Shown: in pieces, positions 46,255 to 54,783 of the stretch | How positions within the stretch are numbered: the stretch's first letter is position 1 | Layout of the letters: every line of letters begins with the position of its first letter | Virus record (IMG/VR): IMGVR_UViG_3300031718_000012 | Span: 1-60,280 of that record | Reading direction: 5' to 3' (one strand) | Length of the DNA: 60,280 nucleotides | DNA from: a virus | Lineage: Duplodnaviria > Caudoviricetes | Translations under genes and position numbers: made by a program | Notes under the pieces: generated by a model | Databases searched by the model: none | The model's input: only the letters and a program-made list of their open reading frames with translations | Told to the model about the DNA's origin: nothing

Positions 46255-46519
46255 TGTTTTTCCGGAACATTTTTTCGTCGGGGCAATCGGCGAAATGCGG
46301 TTGATACTTCGGGCCGCATGGCGCGACCGGCGCCGTCGCAAATAATTTCCCGGCGGTGGTTTCTGGAATCGTGATTACGCGCGACATCGGAATCTTCGCG
46401 CCGCCTGGCGTCTTGAACCAGAACACGCGCGATCGACAATGCGGTCCAGTGCATGCCGCATCGTTGGTAAAAATAAATCCCTCGGCCTTGAGCTGCTCGT
46501 GAGTGGCGGGGTATTTCAT
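46229..46519 (-). CDS. zinc-ribbon phage protein
   Basis: CTGPHC...WFKTPGGAKIPM...HFADCP; GAGG RBS. Confidence 0.7.
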   Translation of the reverse strand: MKYPATHEQLKAEGFIFTNDAACTGPHCRSRVFWFKTPGGAKIPMSRVITIPETTAGKLFATAPVAPCGPKYQPHFADCPDEKMFRKNNAAKKANA

Positions 46520-46856
46520 TTGTTCCTCTCGAACGTGACTTTACCGATAGCCTGGTCGCGCGCAACGGCGTCCAGGTCCGCGGACGAAGGCAGCCCGCCG
46601 CGACCGTGATGCGCGGGGCACTCGGCGACGCGGTCTGCCGAACAGTGCACGTTACGACAACGCCACAGGTGCTCGCCCGTTTTGCACCAGTGCTCTTTTC
46701 CGTCGTTTGTCTCGACCATGCTTCCTCCCGTGGCCTTCGCCACTATGGTTCTTCCAGAACCACGCCTCCATGTCGAGCGCGAATGACGCGGTTGCGACGT
46801 CACGGTCATGTGGGCTCCGCAGATACAATTGCAGACGATCGGTGAAAATACCTGCT

Positions 46857-47222
46857 TCATTTGTGGCCTCGCTTTGCTTTTGGTTGCGGCTTCGCGAGAA
46901 ACCACTTGTTGGTGTTCGGCTCGAATTTATAACCGCGCGCCTTCATGAACGCCAGCCCTCCGGTCTTTGAACCTTCCGTCGTGATGACGCGGCCATATGC
47001 CCGCAGCAGTCCAGCATTGAGCGCGCTGCGCACTCCTTGCCTTCGCGCCCATGGCAGCGTATAGCTTCCCCACACGTCGAAACAATTCTTGCCGTTGGTA
47101 ACTCCCCAAACGAATCCGAGTGGGCTGGGGAACGCGCGATTGAACAGAGCGTAAAAAGCTACGCCGAAGCCGAGAGCTTGCATGTCTATCCAATCTTTCG
47201 AGTGGTCGATTTTTATTTTCAT
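46857..47222 (-). CDS. GNAT-like acetyltransferase
   Basis: YTLPWARRQGVRSAL acetyl-CoA loop; GLAFMKARGY. Confidence 0.6.
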   Translation of the reverse strand: MKIKIDHSKDWIDMQALGFGVAFYALFNRAFPSPLGFVWGVTNGKNCFDVWGSYTLPWARRQGVRSALNAGLLRAYGRVITTEGSKTGGLAFMKARGYKFEPNTNKWFLAKPQPKAKRGHK

Positions 47223-47361
47223 GCGCGTTCCTTGATGCGCCTGGCTACCGCAGCTTTCTGTTTCTCGATCGTCTTGCGCTTCGATTCGTCCGAAGGCTCG
47301 ACGGTGATTTTTGGCCCGAGCGATTTTGCGTCGGCGACTTTCTGGAATTGGATTTTGAAGG

Positions 47362-47685
47362 TCACCGGTCGAATCCTCGCGATTTCAAATCGCTCAATAG
47401 GCTCAGAAGTACTTCGTGCATGATGGCGTAATCGTGTGGCGTAAGTTTTCGATCGCCAAGCGCAATTTGGGCCGTGTTCGTACTCGCCAGCCATTCCTCG
47501 ACAACCGCGACTGCTTCCTTCGCTGACGGCGCCGGGATCACAACAGTATCCGCTTCCTGCCTTTCTATTTCGTCGAGGATCCGGCGAGCGCGAAATACGG
47601 CGTTGTATTCGTCGAGGCCTATCGCGCCATGAATCCCCGCAGCCATGTGCGCCAGAAGCTTTTTACGTTCCGAAAACTGACTCAC
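47362..47685 (-). CDS. hypothetical protein
   Basis: GAGGA RBS; start overlaps the initiator stop. Confidence 0.6.
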   Translation of the reverse strand: MSQFSERKKLLAHMAAGIHGAIGLDEYNAVFRARRILDEIERQEADTVVIPAPSAKEAVAVVEEWLASTNTAQIALGDRKLTPHDYAIMHEVLLSLLSDLKSRGFDR

Positions 47686-48383
47686 TGAGTCCTCACGATT
47701 TTCGCGTCGTAACCGCGACGCTTGAAAAATTCCACCCAGTCATCGGCGCGCGACCCGACCATGGTTTCGGCTTCGGTCTGCGTCCAGAGGCGTTTCAGTT
47801 TTGAGGGGTATACGACTTTGATCTGCTCCCCACCACAGAACACGATTTCGGTTTTGGTTCGAAGGCGAACGGAAGGCGAATGGTTCCCCCCACCGTTTTT
47901 GTGGGGGGTAGGGGGGGCATTTGACTTTCCCTCCCCACCCATACCAAACCCAACCAAACCTAGGTAGGACTGTCCTAGGACAACAGTCGGATCGGCGGTT
48001 CGATGCATGTATTCCCTAAGTCCTTTCGCTGGAGGCTCTGGGCCGCGTTCCATCCGCTCGCGCTGAGTTGGCGGCGGAAGCCTTCCGGTCTTGTCAATTC
48101 CGACCCAAAAGCCCCATTCCTTCGCCGCACGTTCGCTCCACCTGAACAGCAAACCGACCCGCTCGAACTCTCCTAGGATTGTCCTAGCCATGTCACAGGA
48201 TATGTCGGGGCGGTTGTATGAATAGACCTTCGTCCAGACTAAAAAGGGGTCACATTCGAAGACTCCGTTGGCCAGGGCGAGTGGGATGAGATTGGCGTAT
48301 TCGGGGCGAAAAGTGAGCGGCATCACCGCTCGAATTCTATTTGAAGTCCAGACTGCGTCACCGTCAACGATGCGCTTTGGCAT
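47682..48383 (-). CDS. putative phage replication initiator (winged-helix type)
   Basis: MPKRIVDGDAVWTS...LIPLALANG...LGEFERVGLL N-domain and GLVGFGMGGEG..PPTP linker typical of lambda-O-like/replisome organisers. Confidence 0.65.
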   Translation of the reverse strand: MPKRIVDGDAVWTSNRIRAVMPLTFRPEYANLIPLALANGVFECDPFLVWTKVYSYNRPDISCDMARTILGEFERVGLLFRWSERAAKEWGFWVGIDKTGRLPPPTQRERMERGPEPPAKGLREYMHRTADPTVVLGQSYLGLVGFGMGGEGKSNAPPTPHKNGGGNHSPSVRLRTKTEIVFCGGEQIKVVYPSKLKRLWTQTEAETMVGSRADDWVEFFKRRGYDAKIVRTQ

Positions 48384-48494
48384 CAGTTCATTGTCCTTGT
48401 TTCGCCGGATGAAAAGCCCTCGCGTGCAGTTGTGGGCCATCCGGCGAAGGAAGGTTTACCACTGGACCACACGCGAGAGCAAAACCGCTCGGGG

Positions 48495-48523
48495 AATATA
48501 GTACTAGGTAGCCCCTAGGTCAA
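48495..48523 (-). promoter_or_regulatory. sigma70-type promoter of the initiator operon
   Basis: TTGACC-17-TATATT with CTAGG-N5-CCTAG in the spacer. Confidence 0.75.
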
Positions 48524-48590
48524 GTGTTCTGATACACTTTCCACAATGTTTTCCACCGGCCAGGCTTGAACGCCTAGATGTCACCCACAC

Positions 48591-48794
48591 TCAGGCCTCG
48601 CCGGCCCTTTCCGCTTCGATTATTTTTTCTCGGATTTGTTCGCGGGATTCTTCGACTTCGATTTCATTTCCATCGAGAAGGTGAATCACGCCGCCGTCGA
48701 CGTCGGAATGGTATCGCGCGATGTTCTCGGCGACCACGTCGTTCTCGACAATCTTTTTATTCTCGACGAATTGTCGGACTGTGATGAGTGTCAT
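48591..48794 (-). CDS. small FlbD-like protein
   Basis: AENIARY...VIHLLDGNEIEVEESREQIREKI. Confidence 0.55.
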   Translation of the reverse strand: MTLITVRQFVENKKIVENDVVAENIARYHSDVDGGVIHLLDGNEIEVEESREQIREKIIEAERAGEA

Positions 48795-49126
48795 GGTGTT
48801 ATCGCTCCGTTTGTCACATGGCCATGCCAAGCGCAGCCAGAATCGAGAAGAATCGAAGGCGTGAGCGTCAGATCCTCGTACGATGTCCCTGATGCACCCC
48901 AGCGCGTTGGCTTTCCATCTTTTCCATGTGAACCTTGGGCCGGCAGAACGCCGCGACCGGAGAATGAAACCTCGACCATGTGTGTTCCTACTGGGCCTTT
49001 ATTTTTCTCGAAGCACAGCGGACACAAAAACCAAATTCCCTGGGCACTGGAAAAGCTTTCACCGTGACGCGTTATCCTATCGCCTTCGTACTTGACGAAG
49101 CTCGGCTCCAAGCCAATTAGCCTCAC
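48791..49126 (-). CDS. DUF6527-like zinc-binding protein
   Basis: WFLCPLC...H...WG...DLTLTPSIL...CAWHGHVTNG. Confidence 0.7.
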   Translation of the reverse strand: MRLIGLEPSFVKYEGDRITRHGESFSSAQGIWFLCPLCFEKNKGPVGTHMVEVSFSGRGVLPAQGSHGKDGKPTRWGASGTSYEDLTLTPSILLDSGCAWHGHVTNGAITP

Positions 49127-49311
49127 CGGGGATTGGCCAGCACGAATTTTTGAAGTTCTTCGTAAAGCGGATCGTCACACAGCGCGAGGTTGAGCGGCTT
49201 GTCAAAATCTTTCTGTTCGATCGTCACCAGGTCTATTCGAACTCGCACCGCTTGCAGCTTGCCTGGGTTTATTTTGCTGTTGAAGTCGATGAAATACTCT
49301 CCCACTTTCAT
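49123..49311 (-). CDS. small hypothetical protein
   Basis: Start overlaps the portal stop region; GGGGG RBS. Confidence 0.55.
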   Translation of the reverse strand: MKVGEYFIDFNSKINPGKLQAVRVRIDLVTIEQKDFDKPLNLALCDDPLYEELQKFVLANPR

Positions 49312-51050
49312 AGTGCCCCCATTATTTTTTTGAGGAAGAAGTCGCAGCCGCCCTCGGCCGCGATCGGACCGCGCACAATCTGGCAAAGTTCCGGTGACTG
49401 AAACCGCGCGCAAATCCCGCAATGATTTTCGCCCTTGCGCTCCGCATGGTATCCCGCCTGCTTCTGCGTTAACTTCGCGGACTCATCGCAATCGTTCGTC
49501 GTGCGTCGATCGCCAGCGCGCTTCGGACTAGGCGATTCTTCGCCTTCCTCGACTTTCGATTTCGTGGATCCTTCGCCCGCGCCGCTACCCGCGCCGACAT
49601 CCGGACCTTCGGGAACTGGCGGCCGCGGAGTGTCATCGGCGGCTTCGATTTCGTCGTCTGTGATGTTCGTCCAGACACCAGTCTTGACGGACGATTCTTT
49701 CAGCTCCTTCAACCCCACCTGGTCGCTGATCAATCCGGAGCTCACGGCCGACATTACCGTTTCGGTTACGCTCTTGGCCAGGTCGCCCTTTTCGGTTTCA
49801 GTCATTTGCCACAGCGGATTGAACGTCAGTCCGAAACCTTTCGGCACCTTGATACCGTTGGATTGCGCGATACAACGATATGCGATCGTAAGCGGCCCGA
49901 GCAGGTGACGGTTCTGCTGCTGATTGATGCCGTCGTAATAAGTGCGCAAATCACTCTCGCCCGTCGAATTCAGGCCGCCTGGGGACTGGCCGAACAGGCG
50001 CGTCATCGGAACCTGAAGCGCACCCGAGATTTGCATGGCGAATTGCAACAGCGCCTCGTTCAATCCCGAGAACGGCGGTGCCGCCATCGTCTCCATTTCG
50101 TCGCCCATGTCCAGGAGCGTGATGCCCTCGTTCGACTGCGTCTGCCGCATGAACTGCACGGTCTTCACCAGACCTTCGAACATTTTTCCGCCGCCGGCGA
50201 CGGTAGTTCGGAAGTCCTTGAGCTTGTAAGTGCGCAGGTAAGATTTGTAGACCAGCTGAGCGGCGCCGGTGGTGGCCGAGTCGAACGCGATCATGCGATC
50301 GTACATTCGCTCGAGGACCGACAGGCCCCACAGATTTTCCTGCAGCCGCTGTTGCCAGGGCAGCCGAATTCCTTCGAGGCGCATGATGCGCGAGTAGTGA
50401 ATCTTCTGGCCGTACAGCATCGGCGCGTCTTGCGTGACCGTGTAGAACTTCGGCAGGCCCATGTGCGGGCCCCATTCGGTGACCAGGTCGCTGAGCGAAC
50501 ATTCCACCTGCCAGCGATCGAGCGAATAGATTCCCTTGAACTGGTTCTGGCCGACCGTCTCGATTCGGAATGGCGTCGAAAGTTTTTGCCCATCGATCAG
50601 CAGCACGCCAATGCAGCCGCCGTACAGCCGCGACCACTTGATCACGTCGTTCACGCCGTTCCACACGCCGAGCATCCCGGCCTGTTCCTCGATCGCCGCG
50701 GAGTCATCCGGATCGATATCGCCCTTCATGGTGACGCCGGCGCGCGTCATGTCATCGGCGACCAGGTCGATCGCTACGCCGCCAATCCAGGTTCCCCGGT
50801 GGATCCACTCGAGCAGCGTGCGAATGCGCGTGATGGGATTGAAACCGTAAGTCGTGGCCGAGCTGAGATTGGAAGTGCCGATGCCCAGGCCTGCGGCAAA
50901 GTTTTGGAGCGAGTCGGACGTCTTGGCCAGTGACGCGACGGCGGGCGTATCGAACTTCCCGAGAACGCGCGCACGCGCCAGGGCATCATTTGCCTTGGCT
51001 TGCTTGGCGAAATCGCGGACGCTGCGCTTCTCTGGCGGTTTATTCTTCAT
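49308..51050 (-). CDS. portal protein (DUF1073 family) with C-terminal HiPIP-like domain
   Basis: AIDLVADDMTRAG...WSRLYGG...IHYSR...WGLSVLE...PMTRLFGQSPGGLNSTGESDLRTYYD...FNPLWQ. Confidence 0.9.
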   Translation of the reverse strand: MKNKPPEKRSVRDFAKQAKANDALARARVLGKFDTPAVASLAKTSDSLQNFAAGLGIGTSNLSSATTYGFNPITRIRTLLEWIHRGTWIGGVAIDLVADDMTRAGVTMKGDIDPDDSAAIEEQAGMLGVWNGVNDVIKWSRLYGGCIGVLLIDGQKLSTPFRIETVGQNQFKGIYSLDRWQVECSLSDLVTEWGPHMGLPKFYTVTQDAPMLYGQKIHYSRIMRLEGIRLPWQQRLQENLWGLSVLERMYDRMIAFDSATTGAAQLVYKSYLRTYKLKDFRTTVAGGGKMFEGLVKTVQFMRQTQSNEGITLLDMGDEMETMAAPPFSGLNEALLQFAMQISGALQVPMTRLFGQSPGGLNSTGESDLRTYYDGINQQQNRHLLGPLTIAYRCIAQSNGIKVPKGFGLTFNPLWQMTETEKGDLAKSVTETVMSAVSSGLISDQVGLKELKESSVKTGVWTNITDDEIEAADDTPRPPVPEGPDVGAGSGAGEGSTKSKVEEGEESPSPKRAGDRRTTNDCDESAKLTQKQAGYHAERKGENHCGICARFQSPELCQIVRGPIAAEGGCDFFLKKIMGAL

Positions 51051-51249
51051 CGCGTTTTCTCCGGTAGCCGGATCCTCCGTGCAGAGCGCACACGGATTTC
51101 GATTGATCTTCGAGGAGCATATGACAAACCTTACATCGTTTTGCGGGCTTCGGGGGTTTCGTTCCTGCGCGGATGTAGTGAAGTGTTAAGCCGCGTTCTC
51201 GATCGACTTTACGCAGAGGTACAGCGATGAAGGTCGGCGGCTGGGCCAC
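51040..51249 (-). CDS. small zinc-finger protein
   Basis: CKVC...CALHGG. Confidence 0.5.
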   Translation of the reverse strand: MAQPPTFIAVPLRKVDRERGLTLHYIRAGTKPPKPAKRCKVCHMLLEDQSKSVCALHGGSGYRRKRDEE

Positions 51250-51268
51250 GCCGAAAATCTAACATGGT

Positions 51269-51808
51269 TTACTTCTTGGGGTTTCGACAATCCTCGGAAA
51301 TGAAGATCCTGCCGTTGACGGGCGGATAAATTGTTAGGACGTATCCCGCTTTCAGCAATCTGTCGAGAGTTTCCGGGGGCACCGACTTCGACGGCTTTCC
51401 TGAGACTGTGCCGTCCGAATATGTGTCGTAGAGGTAACCGCCGGTCGAGCCTGTGCATGTGCTGGACGCAACCGGGTCGCCCGATACGATTTGGATATCG
51501 GCGATCTTGGGAAAGTTGTCATCCTTCGGAGATTGTGCAGCGGCCTTGTTCACGTTGGCACAAGCGGACGCGACGAACGATTCGGCATCAGCCAAGTTCG
51601 TGAGCGTCGAAGATTTGTTGCAGCCGTTCGCCACATAGCCGATGCCGGGGATATTCTTGACCGTGCCGAGAATCGGTCCCACCGACAAAACGTACTGCCA
51701 TTCGTTCGCTGTCGTTTGGATCCAAACCGGAGTGCCCGGGACTTTGCCAGCGCAGCCGAACAAAATGACCACCAACATTACCCAGGTGAATCTCAGAAAG
51801 TTTCGCAT
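51269..51808 (-). CDS. putative lipoprotein
   Basis: MRNFLRFTWVMLVVILFG-C; GGAGG RBS. Confidence 0.65.
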   Translation of the reverse strand: MRNFLRFTWVMLVVILFGCAGKVPGTPVWIQTTANEWQYVLSVGPILGTVKNIPGIGYVANGCNKSSTLTNLADAESFVASACANVNKAAAQSPKDDNFPKIADIQIVSGDPVASSTCTGSTGGYLYDTYSDGTVSGKPSKSVPPETLDRLLKAGYVLTIYPPVNGRIFISEDCRNPKK

Positions 51809-52397
51809 GGTGTTTCCTCCAGGTAAAACCAGCGGAGCCGCACTTTACTCAGTCGCAGAATGAGTAGCGCTCCCCGGTAGCGGCTCTGCGACATCACCGA
51901 TACCTTAACAAGAGAACGCCTGCGGCCCCGCTGTCCTGCCTCGTCGTCGGGGTTAACTCGATGCACGCGCTCTTGCGCGACGTGCCAGAACTTTTGCCTG
52001 ACGGCGCCCGATTGGTTTTCTCGGCGTCCGCACCCAATGGCTGTGGTGCGGGTCGAACACGTAGCCGCTCGCCAGGGCCGCGCCGCCGCGCGCGTGTTTG
52101 TGACCAGGCGTCGAATCGCTGCAATGCATCCTACGCTTATTCGTGCCGAAGCAGGTCGGGTTGCGCTTCCTTGCCAGATCCGCTGAGTCCATCGTTCACC
52201 GTTGGTACGACGTGTCCGCGACCACTCAGAATCGTGTCGCAAGTCGCCGCGAAATTTACCACGCAATTCTGGGAGACGCCATCAATTTCGGAGATGGCCA
52301 GCCGTGGCGCGCCTGGAACGCCTTTCGCGAAATTCGCCTGAAATGAGGCCAAAAGCACGAATATCGACGTCAATAACAGGGAATTGTCACCGTTTTG

Positions 52398-52577
52398 TCA
52401 GAGATCCGTGAAACCGGAAAAGCAGGGAAGTTCGCGCATCCGGTCCACGTTGACCGTCCCGTCCGCTCGATAAAATATGGCGATGATTGGCTGGTCCGTC
52501 TCCTGGGTTTTCTTCGCGTAGGCCAGAAGCTTGTCGTACAGATTTGCCTCGTCGGTGTTTTTGAATTTTAGGCTCAT
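52398..52577 (-). CDS. 59-aa hypothetical protein (not in the ORF track)
   Basis: MSLKFKNTDEANLYDKLL...; ATGA overlap with the upstream gene. Confidence 0.5.
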   Translation of the reverse strand: MSLKFKNTDEANLYDKLLAYAKKTQETDQPIIAIFYRADGTVNVDRMRELPCFSGFTDL

Positions 52578-52864
52578 GGGATTTTTATCGTTTCGATGTT
52601 TGAAAGTGGGCTGGTGCCGTTGGCGTTCGTTGCGGTTTCCGCATAGTCGTATGACAGACCGCTCGCCACCGACGTATCGACAAATGACGTACCTGTGGTC
52701 ACGCCCACGCGGATCCAGCCGTCCGCGCCATGGGGCGACCGCATTACGTTATACGACGTGGCACCTGGAACCTTGCTCCAGCTCGCCACCACGGAATGAG
52801 AAGAACCGCCGCCGCATCCCTTGAACATCAGGAATAGAGCGGCGGCGGCAACTAGGAGCTTCAT
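52574..52864 (-). CDS. fibronectin type III domain (lipo)protein
   Basis: FKG-C lipobox-like; SWSKVPGATSYNVMRS...FVDTSV...YDYAETATNANGTS. Confidence 0.75.
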   Translation of the reverse strand: MKLLVAAAALFLMFKGCGGGSSHSVVASWSKVPGATSYNVMRSPHGADGWIRVGVTTGTSFVDTSVASGLSYDYAETATNANGTSPLSNIETIKIP

Positions 52865-53298
52865 TGTAGAACGAGTGGGTTCTGAGTGGGCGCGCCTGGG
52901 GGCCCGGGATTTGGCGTGACGCCGGACGTCTCATTCGACTTCGGACCTTCGCCAGAACAATTCGTTGCGCTGATCGTATAGAAAGCCGCGGCTCCCGGCG
53001 TGACGTTGGTGTCGATGAACTGCAGATTCGCCGGCGGCGGATTTAGAACCGTGAGCAGAACTTCGTTGCCCGATGCCGTGCCTTTGTAAATCGTGTTCGC
53101 CGTGACGGCCGTCGAACCGCTTCCACTCGGGCAAGTCACTTTCGGATCCACGACGCCCTGGCCCCACGACAAAGTCGTTTGATGTTGCGTGGCCGAAGCT
53201 TTCAACTGCGGCGCTGCCGCATGCACGCGGCCCATTCCGGCGACGGCGAGAACTGCGGTCAGAGCTGAGAACAGGAAAAGCGATGCGCTGAGTTTCAT
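52861..53298 (-). CDS. secreted fibronectin type III domain protein
   Basis: Signal peptide ending VHA; TLSW...IYKGT...FIDTNVTPG...YTISATNCSGEGPKSNE. Confidence 0.75.
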   Translation of the reverse strand: MKLSASLFLFSALTAVLAVAGMGRVHAAAPQLKASATQHQTTLSWGQGVVDPKVTCPSGSGSTAVTANTIYKGTASGNEVLLTVLNPPPANLQFIDTNVTPGAAAFYTISATNCSGEGPKSNETSGVTPNPGPPGAPTQNPLVLQ

Positions 53299-53329
53299 GG
53301 TGTGCCCTCCGGCGCGAGTCTATCAAACT

Positions 53330-53403
53330 TGGAGCCCCAGGTGAGAATCGAACTCACGTTTGCTGATTACGAATCAACCGCTCTACCACTGAGCTACCGG
53401 GGC
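53330..53403 (-). tRNA. tRNA-Thr(CGT)
   Basis: GCCCCGGTAGCTCAGTGGTAGAGCGGTTGATTCGTAATCAGCAAACGTGAGTTCGATTCTCACCTGGGGCTCCA; full 74-nt cloverleaf with encoded CCA. Confidence 0.95.
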
Positions 53404-53404
53404 A

Positions 53405-53731
53405 CTACGCCGCGATTTCAATTCGCCAGCCGATACGCGGCCTACGACGGCGAAAATTCACTTGAGCTTGGTAGAGGGTTGGCGCTTTGTTCGGGTCGAA
53501 CTCCCGGTCCTGCAGGAAACGTTGTGGCGTCCCCATCGCGACCATTTCCGGACCGCTTAAGGCTGTCACAAGTTGCGGCCCACTTTCCGTCGGGAGAGTA
53601 CGACATCCCGTCAGCAAAGAGGCCGCTATCAGGAGCGCCGACAGTGACCACCGAGAATCCATCCGGACATTCTGCGTCCCAAACGTAACTCGAAACCCAT
53701 ATTGGCTCAGGTGCTTTATCACGCGCATCAC
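53405..53731 (-). CDS. hypothetical protein, possible lipoprotein
   Basis: GAGG RBS; internal LLTG-C. Confidence 0.45.
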   Translation of the reverse strand: MMRVIKHLSQYGFRVTFGTQNVRMDSRWSLSALLIAASLLTGCRTLPTESGPQLVTALSGPEMVAMGTPQRFLQDREFDPNKAPTLYQAQVNFRRRRPRIGWRIEIAA

Positions 53732-53759
53732 CTCGCTTTTTTGGCAGGTTGCCGCGAAC

Positions 53760-53924
53760 TTAGAAACCTAGAACGTGACGGCCGTTGCCGAGCAATATCC
53801 AAACGAGCAAGACGATAAGGATGACCGTGACGGTGGAAATGCCGCCACCGGTTCCCCAGCGATCGTAGCCGACGTACCCACCACCACCGAGCAAAAGCAA
53901 AAGCACGACCAGCAAGAGCAACAT
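53760..53924 (-). CDS. DUF3309-like small membrane protein
   Basis: MLLLLVVLLLLLGGGGYVGYDRWGTGGGI...ILLG; AGGAGG RBS. Confidence 0.75.
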   Translation of the reverse strand: MLLLLVVLLLLLGGGGYVGYDRWGTGGGISTVTVILIVLLVWILLGNGRHVLGF

Positions 53925-53934
53925 GGTTCCTCCT

Positions 53935-53974
53935 AAAAAAAACGGGGAGAGCCAGGCCAGCTGGGCTCTCCCCG
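53935..53974 (-). terminator. intrinsic terminator
   Basis: CGGGGAGAGCCCAG-loop-CTGGCTCTCCCCG followed by T8. Confidence 0.8.
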
Positions 53975-54017
53975 CTACTGCTATCGAGTGGGGCAAAGCG
54001 CCCCTTGCGGTTTAGGT

Positions 54018-54719
54018 CTAGCTGCCAGCGGGTGGCGTGACCGGGGGAGTCGCCGGGATGCCGATGACTTCCGACGCTTCCACACCGACTGCCGTTTCGA
54101 ACAGCTGTTGGCCCGTGTCGTTGTTTCCGCCGGTGATCGCGTAGCTGACCGGGAACGGGTCGTTCACATCGGCGCTACCTGCGGCCGCTGGCGTGAAGAC
54201 GCCCGAAGCCAGCGATTGGATATTGGTCCAGAGTTTCCCGCTCGAGTCTACGAACGAGAAAACGCCTGGCGTCGTATCCTGCACGAACGAACCCGGCGTG
54301 CCGTTGGCACCCGCGCCCGCGGTCATCGAGATCGACGCGCCAGCCGGAAGAACTGCGCCCGGAACGCCGGCCTTGTCGAATCCGAAAACTGCAATGGCCT
54401 GGGGGTCGGAATCGGAAATCTGAATCGGACCGGCCGCCTTCGCAGCGCCCGGCTTTACAAACGCGAGAAGCTTTCCTTTTTGAAGCGCCATGTTCATCTC
54501 CTTGTTGTTGACTGCTGCGATTTGAAAACTGACTGCGATGTTGCTGGGCGGCGGGGGAATCGGCTGATTAAAATCCTGCGCGATTTGTTGCAGCGCAGAA
54601 GCTCCGAGCGCAAACGAACTCACCAGGCTTTGGGCCGACCGCGCAAGGCTTTCGCCGATGACTGCGAAACGCTCGAAAAGTTTGTGGGTCGGTTCGTCCA
54701 GGCTGATGATGATTCGCAC
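54018..54719 (-). CDS. hypothetical protein (probably leaderless)
   Basis: 233-aa ORF; TATCAT -10 lies 7 nt before the GTG. Confidence 0.6.
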   Translation of the reverse strand: MRIIISLDEPTHKLFERFAVIGESLARSAQSLVSSFALGASALQQIAQDFNQPIPPPPSNIAVSFQIAAVNNKEMNMALQKGKLLAFVKPGAAKAAGPIQISDSDPQAIAVFGFDKAGVPGAVLPAGASISMTAGAGANGTPGSFVQDTTPGVFSFVDSSGKLWTNIQSLASGVFTPAAAGSADVNDPFPVSYAITGGNNDTGQQLFETAVGVEASEVIGIPATPPVTPPAGS

Positions 54720-54783
54720 GGGCTGAATGATAACCCCGAAGCATGTTACGCGGAAATGAAATTTTCAGGTTTCGAGAATTGCG

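Noticed and set aside
49806-50933. 375-aa + strand ORF opposite the portal (similar shadows at 36472-37269 and 22550-23827)
   Set aside because: Lie wholly antisense to well-supported structural genes.
49308-51050. Anti-CBASS Acb1 label often attached to DUF1073 proteins
   Set aside because: No paired HxT/S 2H-phosphoesterase domain seen; the extension is HiPIP-like.
53330-53403. tRNA as an att site or prophage boundary
   Set aside because: Phage-like genes on both sides, no integrase, and no duplicated tRNA 3' end noticed.
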